From the IMG/VR virus record IMGVR_UViG_3300017700_000376, positions 1 to 46,204 of that record: a DNA stretch of 46,204 nucleotides. One strand, 5' to 3'. The position numbers were made by a program, and so were the translations under genes. Shown here piece after piece: positions 1-9,893 of the stretch. Each line of letters begins with the position of its first letter. Within the stretch, counting starts at the first letter, position 1. The notes beneath the pieces are model-generated. The model was not told where the DNA came from. It saw nothing but the letters and a program-made list of their open reading frames with translations, and did no database searches. The DNA comes from a virus. Its lineage: Duplodnaviria; Caudoviricetes.

Positions 1-123
1 GTCGAGCGACTTCGGCGGGCGCAGGCCGGCTTCGCGGATCTTCTTGATTTGCTCCTGTTCGAGCGTCCGCATGGACTGTTCGACAGCCAGCAACGAATGA
101 ACCTTCGTGGCGCTCTGCCACGA
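1..123. repeat. Direct terminal overlap (copy 1), assembly circularisation
   Basis: 1-123 is identical to 46082-46204, and a reading frame runs through the junction. Confidence 0.97.
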
Positions 124-222
124 CGCGTCCATCGCGTCCATGAAGCCCATCAGCGGCGCGGCCGACCCTTCGTCGATCGAGCCGCGGTAGGCGTCGCGGT
201 TGGCTTCGCCGAGCATGCTCAT
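1..222 (-). CDS. 5' part of an internal virion (ejection) protein that continues at 46081 down to 44261 (about 680 aa in total)
   Basis: ATG at 222 overlaps the upstream TGA (ATGA). MSMLGEANRDAYRG... is in frame with the 44261..46174 ORF across the junction. Confidence 0.85.
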   Translation of the reverse strand, partial: MSMLGEANRDAYRGSIDEGSAAPLMGFMDAMDASWQSATKVHSLLAVEQSMRTLEQEQIKKIREAGLRPPKSLD

Positions 223-2981
223 TCAATCACCCGCGGTGGCGCCAGCGGACGCGGTGTCGGCTTGACGGTCACGCTCTGACGCTGGCCAGCGGCGATCAGC
301 CGGTCGGGGTCACCGCGGAAAATGTAGAAGTCCGCCGAGCCGTCCTTGTAAGTCGCCGAGAACAGGTAGCCGCCGTCGCCCATCTTGACCCGGTACTCGC
401 CGGCGCCAAGCGCCTCGAACGTACCTTCGCGCGCGATGGCCGCCGGGTCGGCGATCTTGCCGTCCTTGAAGCGTGGCGGGCCGCCCCACTTCGACAGCGC
501 CGTGTAGTCGTTGATCGTCAACTTATCGAGCGCCCGGTCAAAGTCCGGTCCGTTCATACCCTTGGGCATCAGCGTCGGTGCGCCGTTGACGTTGTCGATC
601 GCGCGCTTGCCGGGGTTCGCGCCGCCGCCGAGCACAAGTTGAACGCTCTCCTCGAACAGTGCCTTGTCGAACTTGCCGGGCGTGGCGCCGCCGCGCGACA
701 ACTGCCGCTCGACGTAGTGCGCCATCGCCGCTTTGCGCGTGTCCGTGCCCAGCGTCGTTCCGGCCAGGGCTTTGCCCACGATGCCCGTGAAGGTCGCCTG
801 CAGGTCGGTGTCGGTCATGCCGATCGTCGCCAGCACGTCCTTGTCGGCCTTGATGCGCTTCTCGCCGCGGATGATGTCGGCGGCGACGCCCTTCTGATCA
901 GGCATCTCGTACGACAGGTTCGCCGCGTAACCGAACAGCGCGTCCTTTTGCTTCAGTTGCTTGATGCCGGCGCGAATTACGTCCGGCGAGCCAAGGGCCT
1001 GCACCGTCCCAATAACGCCAAGCGTCTGTTCCGCGTCACCATCACTGGCGCGCTTCGTGAGCGCTTCAGCTTCGTCCTTTGTGAACGGCTGAAGCTGCGC
1101 TGCCGGGATCTGATGATACTCAGCCACGTTTCCTGCCACGACGCCGCGCCGCGCCATGCCTTCGGGAGTAGCGACGTCGCCAACAGGCCCAAAACGGCCC
1201 GTAGACGCAGCAAACGTGATAGGATCATCCTTCAACCCCTTCACCGTGTTGTTCAGCACCAGTTCGGCCGCCTTGACGCCGGCGTAGTCGACGCGCGACG
1301 GGGCGTTCATGCTGCCCTGCGCCACGAAGCTGCGGACCTGCGCGTTCGTTCGCGGCCGACCGGCCTCGTCGTAGAAGACGGGCTTGTTGGCATCGACCTG
1401 CGCCTTGTCGACCGACTGCGTGGCCAGGCCGTTCGGGGCTTGGTTCGCTGCGTTCAGGAAGCGCGTGGCGCCGCCGACGCCCAAGAAGTGCGCGAAATAT
1501 AGGTCAGCATCATTGACCGGACGTCCGGTGTTGCGCTCCAGCGCTTGCTTGTTGTCGAGCGCGTGCAGCGCCGCGGCCTTGATCTGCCGTTGCGCGCCAG
1601 CTTCCGTGCCGTCCGTCCGCATGGCCTCGATCTGCGCGTCGGTGGCGTTCGGGTCGATACCAAGAGCCGTGGCGTGCTTGCGCACGGTGTCACGCCAGGT
1701 AGACGACACGAATTGTGCAACGCCAGCGGCGTCCGACGTCGGCTTGCCGTCTGCCCCAACGTGCGTCGTGCGCTTGCCGTAGTCGCCGCTGGTGACGTAG
1801 GCGCCGTACTCGAAGTTGATCAAGCCGGCTAGGTACTCGGACGAAATCTGCCCGTTGGTAGCGGCGGCCCCTTCGGTGATGCCGGCCTGCACCGGCGCCG
1901 GTAGGGCCTGGATGCCCTTGGCGTTGCGCATCTCGGCGATCTTGGCGCGCTGCTGGTCGAGCGGCAGGTCGCGGTGCGTCCGGTAGATGTCCTGTTGCTT
2001 GTTGATCATCGCGAACTGCGACAGCAGCGCCGGGTTCTTCGACGTCATGACGACGTCCTGCACGGCCTTCAGTTCGCCAGGGTCGATCACCACACCGTCG
2101 CTGTTGCGCTGCGTGACGCTCTGCAACGCGCTGCGCGCGGCGGCGCTCTCGGCGCTGTTGGCCGCATTCTTCAGCGTCGTGATCTGATCGAGCGTACGAT
2201 CGTACGCCGCGGGTGACATGTTCTTCTTCCACGGACTGTCGGGCAGCACCAGTTCAGCTTCGAGCGTCGACAACGCCTCAGGGTTGTCGCGCGCCGACGA
2301 GATCAACCCCTCGAACCGACGCTTCGCCAGTTCCTCGGCGTAGCCCTGCACCATCGCGTTCTTGGTCGCCGGCGTCAGACCGGGCCGTGACATGATCACG
2401 TCCGACCCCAACTTCAGGGCGTCGTTGTAGGTGTCGATCGAGCCGTCTGACCGGACACGGTTCAACTGCGTCGTGACGCCAGCGTCCGCTTGTAGCTTGT
2501 TGTTCGCGACGGCCTCGCGATCCTCGAAGCTGGCCGCGCTGCCCATGATTGACGGCTTGCGCGCCATGAGATCACGACGGACGCGGTTGCGCACTTCGTC
2601 GTTCGGCATCCCTTCGAGATGCTTGTCAACGTACGCATCGTAGTCGTTCGACACCGTCTGCTGAAACGTCTGCCCGTCCGCCGGCGTCGTCTTCTGCAGT
2701 TCGAGGTAGCGGTTGGTGTAGTCGAACGTCGCGACACCACTGGCGGTTTCGGATTTGGTCTTGTTTTCCTCGACCTGCTGGATGAGGTTGCCGGCCGACA
2801 CGCCGGCACCAATGATCGCGCCGCCAAGCGCCAAGCTGCCCGCCGCCTCGCTCGCGCCTGCGCGCTGTTGCGCCTCGCCGATCTGTGCGCCGAATGCGTC
2901 GGGCGTGGCCATGGCGGGCGAACCACTGTTCGGCAGAACCTGCCGCAACGGGTCGGACGTGATGTACGGGATGCGAGCCAT
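219..2981 (-). CDS. Internal virion/ejection protein with a lytic transglycosylase (SLT/lysozyme-like) domain
   Basis: 920 aa, helical. Central motifs GLINFE, AAGVAQFVSSTW and DLYFAHFLGVGGA are typical of SLT-like domains. Lies after the tail genes. Confidence 0.8.
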   Translation of the reverse strand: MARIPYITSDPLRQVLPNSGSPAMATPDAFGAQIGEAQQRAGASEAAGSLALGGAIIGAGVSAGNLIQQVEENKTKSETASGVATFDYTNRYLELQKTTPADGQTFQQTVSNDYDAYVDKHLEGMPNDEVRNRVRRDLMARKPSIMGSAASFEDREAVANNKLQADAGVTTQLNRVRSDGSIDTYNDALKLGSDVIMSRPGLTPATKNAMVQGYAEELAKRRFEGLISSARDNPEALSTLEAELVLPDSPWKKNMSPAAYDRTLDQITTLKNAANSAESAAARSALQSVTQRNSDGVVIDPGELKAVQDVVMTSKNPALLSQFAMINKQQDIYRTHRDLPLDQQRAKIAEMRNAKGIQALPAPVQAGITEGAAATNGQISSEYLAGLINFEYGAYVTSGDYGKRTTHVGADGKPTSDAAGVAQFVSSTWRDTVRKHATALGIDPNATDAQIEAMRTDGTEAGAQRQIKAAALHALDNKQALERNTGRPVNDADLYFAHFLGVGGATRFLNAANQAPNGLATQSVDKAQVDANKPVFYDEAGRPRTNAQVRSFVAQGSMNAPSRVDYAGVKAAELVLNNTVKGLKDDPITFAASTGRFGPVGDVATPEGMARRGVVAGNVAEYHQIPAAQLQPFTKDEAEALTKRASDGDAEQTLGVIGTVQALGSPDVIRAGIKQLKQKDALFGYAANLSYEMPDQKGVAADIIRGEKRIKADKDVLATIGMTDTDLQATFTGIVGKALAGTTLGTDTRKAAMAHYVERQLSRGGATPGKFDKALFEESVQLVLGGGANPGKRAIDNVNGAPTLMPKGMNGPDFDRALDKLTINDYTALSKWGGPPRFKDGKIADPAAIAREGTFEALGAGEYRVKMGDGGYLFSATYKDGSADFYIFRGDPDRLIAAGQRQSVTVKPTPRPLAPPRVIE

Positions 2982-2983
2982 GG

Positions 2984-3556
2984 TTATCGTCCTGTGGGCG
3001 CGGTGAACGATCGCGCGGCGCCCGAGGCGCCAGCGATGATCGAGGAGGCCGCTTGGTAGGCGCCGGCGTTTCGCGCCGCCGCGGCGCCGATGACGCCGGC
3101 CGACAACGTGTTGCTGGCGCTGTAGCGCAGCAACGACGCCTGCGCGCGAGCCTGCGCCGCCCTGTCGGTCAGCCCGGCCGCCACGACTTCGCCGGTGTAG
3201 AGTGTCTTTTTGACGTCGAGCGATTGCTCGACGGCGGCGGCTTCCAGCACGTCGAGCGGACTGCCCTCCATGGACAGGCCGGACGCGCCGTACGCAGCCC
3301 GGATCTGGCCCAACTGCGCGATGCTTTTCTTGGTGGTGTCGTGGATGTCACTCCACATCTGTTCGAGCGCAATGCCCCGGTCGCGTTCGGCGACTTTGGC
3401 GGTGAAATCGAACTGATCGGCGTTGAAGAAATCCGCGTCCGCCTTGGCACGGTTGGCCGCCAGGATGCCTTGCGCCTGCTGGTTGGCACCTTCCATGGCG
3501 CCGGACGCGCCGATTATGCCACCCACCATCGATAGGCCGGCTGCTGCCTCGGACAT
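2984..3556 (-). CDS. Small internal virion protein (T7 gp14-like position)
   Basis: Ala/Gly-rich, with QIRAAYGASGLSMEGSPLDVL typical of podovirus ejection proteins. SD GGAAGG before ATG 3556. Confidence 0.75.
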   Translation of the reverse strand: MSEAAAGLSMVGGIIGASGAMEGANQQAQGILAANRAKADADFFNADQFDFTAKVAERDRGIALEQMWSDIHDTTKKSIAQLGQIRAAYGASGLSMEGSPLDVLEAAAVEQSLDVKKTLYTGEVVAAGLTDRAAQARAQASLLRYSASNTLSAGVIGAAAARNAGAYQAASSIIAGASGAARSFTAPTGR

Positions 3557-3558
3557 AG

Positions 3559-3993
3559 TCAGACCTTCCGTAGCCACCGATAGAGCGCACAATCACGCCC
3601 CATCGGATCGTACTTCACCATCCGCTCACATTCCAGTTCAAAGCCGAGGAGCTTCGCCCAGCGGTGGCCATCGGTGAAGTCGCACCGCACATCGCAGGAA
3701 ATTCGGTCGTACGGCGACGCCTCGTAGAGCGCCCGGCCGAACCGCGTCAAGCGTAACAATTCCGGGCCTATTGCCTCGCTGGCTATCATCCACGCGACGC
3801 CGTGTTTGTTCCACTGCGGGAACACCCCGCCGGCGACGATGCAGGTCGTCCCGAGCCAGCCCGAGAACGCTAGGGTGCCGGCAACCCGGTTCTCGAAACC
3901 GTTGCCGATCATGTAGTTGAAGCCGTCCCGCTGCACCGGCTGCACGTCTATCAACCTGATGTGCTCCGGGTAGCAGGCGCGAAACTCGATCAT
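3559..3993 (-). CDS. GNAT-fold protein (T7 gp13-like position)
   Basis: 144 aa from ATG 3993 (ATGA overlap). HRWAKLLGFELE motif. Directly follows the nozzle gene. Confidence 0.7.
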   Translation of the reverse strand: MIEFRACYPEHIRLIDVQPVQRDGFNYMIGNGFENRVAGTLAFSGWLGTTCIVAGGVFPQWNKHGVAWMIASEAIGPELLRLTRFGRALYEASPYDRISCDVRCDFTDGHRWAKLLGFELECERMVKYDPMGRDCALYRWLRKV

Positions 3994-6722
3994 GAGGTGA
4001 CGATTTTCGGGATCAAGGCGATGACATTCATGGGTAGCGGATAGTCGCCCGACTGGCCGTAGCTGACCGTGCCCTCGGAACTGAACGCCTGCGGCATGTC
4101 GAGCGTCTTGGTGTCGCCCGTAACCAGCGGGAACGCAACGTCCATTTGCGTCTGCGGCGTCAGATACTCCAAGTCCGTCCAATCGGCCCAGTCGCCATCT
4201 ACGTCACGAGTGCGGTAACGGCCGGCGCCCGTCGTCCACAGCCGCATCTTCATCTCGTAGACGCGCTTGTCGTCGCCCTGCGACACGCCGCTCGATCCGC
4301 CAACTTCCGGCCGCGCCGTTTCGACTTCACTGTCGTAGGGGATGCCCAACACGATCTTGCTGCCTGCCTCGGGCAGCGTGACCATGCCGGACGCCGACAC
4401 CACGACGGGGGTGATCGGCGAGCCGTCACGCAGGCCGGCAATGCGCTGGCCGACATAGTCATACAGGCCGTAGACGTCGGTGATCGGCGAGCCGTCGTAG
4501 ACGACCCCACAATCGACGAAATGTGCGTCGAGCAACGTGCTGTCGAAGTCCCAAAACCGCGTCATGCGTTCGACGAACCGTCGGGTCGAGCCGTTGATGA
4601 CGCGGCGCACCGTCATCCACAACGCGTCCTGCGTGCCGTCTTCGGCTGGCATGACAGAGATGCTTTCGACGAAGCCGTTGAAGTCGAGCAACTGCCAGCC
4701 GACGACATCCTCCTCGCGATTATAGGTCAATGCGGCCACGGTTCCGTCACCGCGGCGCATGAACGCCAAGGCGTGCGGCTCGGGCGAGAAGTCCATCTGC
4801 AGCAGCCGCGGCGTGCCGATGTGCGACGCGAACAGCGACAGCGACGGCGCTCGGTAGCCGTCCGCCTCGAACACGTAGGACACCTCGCGCACGGTGCGGT
4901 TCGACCGCTGCACGAACAGGATCTGGCTGTCTCGAGTTAGGGGCTCGACGTCAGCCGACCCGCGACGAGACGCCGGCCGCGCCTTGGCGGTGCGCGCCGT
5001 GATGCCAACCGTCGTATCGGTCGAGCCGATCGCCCACTCTCCCGAGCCCGTGCCCACCAGCAGCGCGCGACCGTCCGTGGCGATCCAAACAACGCGACTT
5101 TGCTTACGAGCGTTGATCTTCAACACGAGCGCATTGTCGTCGGCAACCTGGCCGTCCGGTTCCGTCTGCGACATGTTCTCGTACCGGCCGGGCACCGACG
5201 CCACGACGTAGTCGGGATAGCCGAACATGCCGCCCATATAGAGCCGATCGTCAAGGAACACGCCGCACGTCGGGTACCCCGTCGTGGCGCTGAACAGGCC
5301 CGGTCGCCACTCCGTCGTGGCGTCCAGCGTCGACAGCGGGTCGCCCTGCGCGCGAGCCGTGATGACGGTGGTGCTCGACCGCGTTGCGATCTTGAACGAC
5401 CGCCAACACCCGTCGACACCCTTGAAGCGCCACAGCCGGCCGACATCGGTCGACTGAAACCCGGTGTCGTTGTTGATGCCCGTGACCGAGCTTGCCGTGA
5501 ACGTCGTCGCCGTCGACGACGGGCTCGTCATCAACAGCCTGGCCACGCGGGGCGGCAGCGCGCCGTTGCGCGTGCATTTCGATATCGTCAGCCGATAGTA
5601 GGGATAGGCGACCGCGTTCTTCAACGAGAAGTACAGCGAGCGGCCGTTGTCGTAGACGAGGTAGCCGATCTTGCTGTCGAGCGTGACGAACGTCGTGCCG
5701 TCCATCGACCCTGCAAACACGAAGTCGCCGGGCGCGTAGTCGAGCGCCGCGTAACTGGTGTCTTCGTTGTCGCGCGCCGTCTCGATCACGTAACCGTCGA
5801 CGACAACGCCGGCGGTGAACTGGAATTGCAGCCACCCCGTCTGATCGGTTGACGGCTCCCAATAAGTCGTCGGGTCTGCGTCAAACGCCTTCCACGCCTC
5901 GTTGCCGACCACTTCGGAACTTTTCGTGACGGTGCCGCCCGTGGTCGCGTCTGCCATGACCGGAACGATGTTGCCCGTGCCGCCGGACGGCGTCAGCGTC
6001 GTAGCCGTCTCGTTGATTGGAGCGAACGGCCCGTCCTTGAAGTCCATCGTCGATACGCGCCAGTCGTAGGCGCCGTATCGCTGCAGCTTACGCGGTGCGT
6101 AGCCGCTGCAAAACAGGAACAAGGTGTCGTTGTCGGGGATGTACCTGACGCTCTGCACATCGGCGTCTGTGTAGGGCGAAACGACGTGGTAGACGCGCGC
6201 CGACTTGGCGTTCGTCAAGCTGCCGACCGTCGTCGGCGTCAGAGTGTCGAGCGTGACGTCGTCACCCGCGACGGCGGTGACGGTTCCGACACGACTGTTG
6301 AGGTTCGTCGAGAACACGAAACCGGATAGGACGATCTGGTCGCCTGTGCTCGCGCCGTGGCCAGGGGCAGTGTACTCCAGCGGGTCGCCGGCGGCGCTGA
6401 GAACGGCCGTGATCGCGACCGGCGTGTAGGCGAGCAACCCCGCCTCGTCATGCCAGCGAAACCGCCCGTTAGCCAACTCGACTTGCATCGTCTGGTCTTC
6501 GTTGAACACGAACGGGATCAACGCCGACACCTTCGTCTCGTCGTACACCGGCGCCTGTTTCATGGTGCCAGGGCGGCGGCTGGTCGGCCCCTGCGGCGTG
6601 ATGATGGTGTTGTAGGCGCGGCGCAGCGAGGCGGCGTATTTCTGGAGATCCGTGCGACCTTCAAGAAGAGCCGACCATTCGCCGGCATTGGCCGACCGCA
6701 CGATGGACGTGACGCGCGGCAT
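3990..6722 (-). CDS. Tail tubular protein B / nozzle with inserted discoidin-like domain
   Basis: 910 aa. N-terminal NAGEWSALLEGRTDL..PQGPTSRRPGT, ALLVGTGSGEW, ILFVQRSNRTVRE and C-terminal PLPMNVIAL. Confidence 0.88.
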   Translation of the reverse strand: MPRVTSIVRSANAGEWSALLEGRTDLQKYAASLRRAYNTIITPQGPTSRRPGTMKQAPVYDETKVSALIPFVFNEDQTMQVELANGRFRWHDEAGLLAYTPVAITAVLSAAGDPLEYTAPGHGASTGDQIVLSGFVFSTNLNSRVGTVTAVAGDDVTLDTLTPTTVGSLTNAKSARVYHVVSPYTDADVQSVRYIPDNDTLFLFCSGYAPRKLQRYGAYDWRVSTMDFKDGPFAPINETATTLTPSGGTGNIVPVMADATTGGTVTKSSEVVGNEAWKAFDADPTTYWEPSTDQTGWLQFQFTAGVVVDGYVIETARDNEDTSYAALDYAPGDFVFAGSMDGTTFVTLDSKIGYLVYDNGRSLYFSLKNAVAYPYYRLTISKCTRNGALPPRVARLLMTSPSSTATTFTASSVTGINNDTGFQSTDVGRLWRFKGVDGCWRSFKIATRSSTTVITARAQGDPLSTLDATTEWRPGLFSATTGYPTCGVFLDDRLYMGGMFGYPDYVVASVPGRYENMSQTEPDGQVADDNALVLKINARKQSRVVWIATDGRALLVGTGSGEWAIGSTDTTVGITARTAKARPASRRGSADVEPLTRDSQILFVQRSNRTVREVSYVFEADGYRAPSLSLFASHIGTPRLLQMDFSPEPHALAFMRRGDGTVAALTYNREEDVVGWQLLDFNGFVESISVMPAEDGTQDALWMTVRRVINGSTRRFVERMTRFWDFDSTLLDAHFVDCGVVYDGSPITDVYGLYDYVGQRIAGLRDGSPITPVVVSASGMVTLPEAGSKIVLGIPYDSEVETARPEVGGSSGVSQGDDKRVYEMKMRLWTTGAGRYRTRDVDGDWADWTDLEYLTPQTQMDVAFPLVTGDTKTLDMPQAFSSEGTVSYGQSGDYPLPMNVIALIPKIVTS

Positions 6723-7306
6723 CAGATCGTCCGCGACGTCAGCCAGCTATAGGCGTCGTCGCCTCCCGTGACGACTTCCGGCCCCAACTCGAACGCGTTG
6801 GTGCGGCGGGCGTCGTCCATGGCGCGCTTGTAGTCGTCCTTCAGGTCCTGTTTCTTGTCGGTGCTCATGGATATCTTTTCGCAGATGGCCTCTGCGATCC
6901 TGCACACCAACGCGTCCGTGAACAAGGGGTCGAACTTCGCCGTCTCGACCTGTACGATGAACTCAACGTCGATATGGCTGTCGCTGGGGTCCAGCAACTC
7001 TCGGCCGCGGACCTGCCACGTCGTCCCGCTGCGCCGTATGGCGCGCACGGCGTCGGTCGGCATGGTGTACCGATACAGCCGGTCGTCGATGTCGTTGGTG
7101 ATGGGCGAGCCGGTCGGCGTCAGGCGGCGGGTGGCCTTGGCGAACAGCCAGCGATGCGAGCGCAGGAGCGCGTCGCGGTGGAACGGATACTGTCGCGCCA
7201 GCAGCCGTTCGTTGGCCTTGACTGGCGCGGAGATGCTGGCGATGGGGTCCGCCCCTAGCTTGTCCAGCGCCAGGTTGCAGATGCTCTCGGGCGTTTGGGT
7301 AGACAT
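6722..7306 (-). CDS. Tail tubular protein A / adaptor
   Basis: ICNLALDKLGA..HRWLFA..FDPLFTDAL motifs and synteny. Confidence 0.88.
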   Translation of the reverse strand: MSTQTPESICNLALDKLGADPIASISAPVKANERLLARQYPFHRDALLRSHRWLFAKATRRLTPTGSPITNDIDDRLYRYTMPTDAVRAIRRSGTTWQVRGRELLDPSDSHIDVEFIVQVETAKFDPLFTDALVCRIAEAICEKISMSTDKKQDLKDDYKRAMDDARRTNAFELGPEVVTGGDDAYSWLTSRTI

Positions 7307-7344
7307 AGGGGCGGAACTTTCTCAGGTGTCGGCAGGCGCCGACG

Positions 7345-7827
7345 TTAGCCGATCATCTCGAAGACGACATAGCCGGCCATCGTGGCGCCGATCGGGATCG
7401 TACCGCCGGTCACGAGCGCACAGATGCTCAGACCCTTGGCCGAAAAGTAGTCCTTCTTGACGGTCGTGCCGAACGTGCCGCTCGTGGCGCTTGAAACGTC
7501 ACGATCGTTCACGAAGTCGTTGAGAATGGCGGCCACGGCGGTGATACCGTCGGACTGCACGTAGGCGCGGACGCCGAGGTCCATGACGCGGCTGGACCCG
7601 AGCGCCGACACGTCGATGCGCGAGAGGCCGGGCAGCACCCGGATCTTGCCGTGCGGCAGGCGAACAAGCTCGACGGACGAGCCGTCGTCGCCGGTGACGG
7701 TCGTGGCCGGCAGGGTGAAGTGGGCGACGCGCAGCTTGCCGCCTTCGGCGGGCCAATACTGGCGGTTGTCCGACAGCTTGCCTTCCTGCTGCGTGTACTC
7801 GGTGGACTTCTGGACGGTGACGGCCAT
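7345..7827 (-). CDS. Putative capsid decoration/cement protein
   Basis: 160 aa, beta-rich, directly after the capsid gene, strong SD (AGGAGAG). Confidence 0.6.
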   Translation of the reverse strand: MAVTVQKSTEYTQQEGKLSDNRQYWPAEGGKLRVAHFTLPATTVTGDDGSSVELVRLPHGKIRVLPGLSRIDVSALGSSRVMDLGVRAYVQSDGITAVAAILNDFVNDRDVSSATSGTFGTTVKKDYFSAKGLSICALVTGGTIPIGATMAGYVVFEMIG

Positions 7828-7857
7828 GGTGGCTCTCCTGAAACTGTGTTGCGAAGC

Positions 7858-7879
7858 GGCCGGGGCCGAAGCCCCGACC
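7858..7879 (-). terminator. GC-rich UUCG-tetraloop hairpin after the capsid gene (attenuator or mRNA stabiliser, no U-tract)
   Basis: Minus strand GGTCGGGGC-TTCG-GCCCCGGCC. Confidence 0.6.
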
Positions 7880-7896
7880 TACCCTTGCACGGGCGT

Positions 7897-8838
7897 TTAG
7901 GTGGCGTTGGCGTCGGCGCACAGCACCTGGAACACGCGGCCTTCCTCGACACGGGTCGCGCCCGCCGAGAAGCAGCCGTGGATCTGCGGGATGTTGTTCT
8001 TGTCCGCACGCTGATTGATCGTGAGGATGAACGACTGCCAGTCGCCGAAGTGCATGCCGCTCGGCACCCAAGCCGGGCAAAGGCGGTTGCCGCCGGTCAG
8101 CAGCCCGTTCTCGACGGACAGCGCGCCCTCCGCCGGGATGAACGTGAAGCCCATGAAGGACGACACCTCACCGTCGACGAGCGGCTTGACCATGTTGTAG
8201 TCGTGCGAGCCGACCACCGTCTCGCCGAGGAGATTGTCGGTCTGTTCCGCGGTGACAGCGATCAGCGGCCGTTCGGCGCCCTGCATGCCCACGCCGCCGG
8301 CCGAGCCGGACCCGAGGTTCAGGAAGCGACGCTTCATGGCCTTGCGCAACGCGCGCAGCTTGGCGAACGTCAGGCCGACGCCGCCCGCGGCGATGATGTC
8401 GCCGGCCGGGAACGTGATCGTCGTCGCGCCGGTCTTGCCGCCGCGCGCGTCGGCGAAAAACGCCTGCGCGATGATGTCGTCCTGCGTGCGGGCCAGGGCC
8501 TCGCGCATGCGCTCGACGTACGGGTTGGTCGGCTCGTAGATCGTGCGCAGCGTGTCGACGCGGTCGATCAGGATCGCGCAGTCCCAGTCGTCGGCCGAGA
8601 TCCAGCGGCTGGTGTGCTCGGGCTCGGTGGCGATCGTGTCGGCGTAGGCCGACGTGCGCTTCTTGAAGAAGATCGGGCCGATGAAATTGACGATCTGCGA
8701 CTTCTCGCCGGAGTAGGTCGCCTGCGAAACGTACGGCATCAGCAGACCGCCCCGGCGCGCAAGAGCCGCCTGAACGTTCGCCGTGTACATGAGCTTGTAC
8801 GCTTCGGTGATCGGATAGTTGTTGACCGTGTCGGCCAT
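7897..8838 (-). CDS. Major capsid protein
   Basis: 313 aa. ALARTQDDII, DYNMVKPLVDGEVSSFMGFTFI and GATRVEE motifs. Follows the scaffold gene. Confidence 0.9.
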   Translation of the reverse strand: MADTVNNYPITEAYKLMYTANVQAALARRGGLLMPYVSQATYSGEKSQIVNFIGPIFFKKRTSAYADTIATEPEHTSRWISADDWDCAILIDRVDTLRTIYEPTNPYVERMREALARTQDDIIAQAFFADARGGKTGATTITFPAGDIIAAGGVGLTFAKLRALRKAMKRRFLNLGSGSAGGVGMQGAERPLIAVTAEQTDNLLGETVVGSHDYNMVKPLVDGEVSSFMGFTFIPAEGALSVENGLLTGGNRLCPAWVPSGMHFGDWQSFILTINQRADKNNIPQIHGCFSAGATRVEEGRVFQVLCADANAT

Positions 8839-8948
8839 TGGGAACCCCTGTTAAATCTCGAACGCCACCGTGTCGGTCGACGTGCAAGAGGGGTTCCCGT
8901 TTGTCTCGGCCCTAGCACGAGGATGTAGCCGATGTAGCGGCTACATCC

Positions 8949-8978
8949 ACAATGATCCACTATTAGCGGATGTGTCAA
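8949..8978 (-). promoter_or_regulatory. Putative capsid promoter TTGACA-N18-CATTGT
   Basis: Perfect -35 overlapping the scaffold TGA. Same -10 and spacing as the promoter at 14967-14996. Confidence 0.6.
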
Positions 8979-9880
8979 GCCGGTTTGCGAACCCGCGCTT
9001 CGAACAGCATCTTGATCCGCTCCACCGCAACCTTGTGTTCGGGGTGTTTCGCATCCGTGTACTTCTTCTGGAACTCACCGTCGCCCTGGAGGCGCGAGAT
9101 TTCCGTAGCCGCCTGTTCGGGCGTCATCTGCGTCGGGTCGGTGGGCAGCCCGCCGGTGGACCCGTTGCCGAGTACGGGCGCTTCGCCCTTCATGTTGGCG
9201 CCGATCGCCGCCATCAGTTCGAGCAACGCCGCGGACCCGATGTTCGCGTCGAGCGCCACCAGCGTCTCGCGCGAGATCGCACCCTTGGCCGCCAGCGACT
9301 TGTAGACGGCTTGCGAGTTGGCCACGGCAGCGTCAAACTGCTGCGCGCCCATCTTCGTCTTCATGCCGTTGATGGCGTCATCGTTCGCCTTGGCGGCGGC
9401 GGTTGTCGCCATGGCGTTCTGTTCCTTGGCAAAGTCCTGCCAGGCGTCGATGCCCTTCTGGAAGAGCGCCGGCGGAACACCCCAGGTGTGCGCGAGTTTC
9501 TTGCTGAACTCGACGAGCGGCGGATGAACTTCGACACCCTCGCCGAACTTCGGTGTATAGGCGTCGGTCGTCGCCGGCCGCACCTTGGCGAGGTACTTGT
9601 CGACCTGCACCTGATCGTCCCAATTGCCGGGCGTGATGATGACGTCGCCGCCGGACAGCGCCTTGTTGGCCTCGTAGTACGATCGAGCCAGGGCGTTCGC
9701 GCCCTTGTTCGGATCGTCATACATACCCTTCGACTTCAGGAGATCGACGACCGGAGCGTCGAGATCCGAGCCCCATGAGAACGCAGCTGGAGGAGCGCCA
9801 CCACCGGCACCGGATGGAGGGGTTCCGCCGGCCGGTGGGTTCCCCGCGGGAGGCGGGCCACCGGGTGCTTGTTCGGTCAT
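8975..9880 (-). CDS. Capsid scaffolding/assembly protein
   Basis: Pro/Gly-rich N-terminus, C-terminal HPEHKVAVER, immediately upstream of the capsid gene. SD AGGAG before ATG 9880. Confidence 0.8.
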   Translation of the reverse strand: MTEQAPGGPPPAGNPPAGGTPPSGAGGGAPPAAFSWGSDLDAPVVDLLKSKGMYDDPNKGANALARSYYEANKALSGGDVIITPGNWDDQVQVDKYLAKVRPATTDAYTPKFGEGVEVHPPLVEFSKKLAHTWGVPPALFQKGIDAWQDFAKEQNAMATTAAAKANDDAINGMKTKMGAQQFDAAVANSQAVYKSLAAKGAISRETLVALDANIGSAALLELMAAIGANMKGEAPVLGNGSTGGLPTDPTQMTPEQAATEISRLQGDGEFQKKYTDAKHPEHKVAVERIKMLFEARVRKPA

Positions 9881-9893
9881 GTGATCATTTCTC

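Noticed and set aside
1-123. Terminal direct repeat as a biological DTR or att site
   Set aside because: It falls inside a continuous coding sequence and is best explained as assembler overlap on a circular contig
7828-7899. Capsid stop read-through into the in-frame decoration gene
   Set aside because: The genes are in frame, but a second stop (TAG) occurs 6 codons after the TAA and the downstream gene has its own SD
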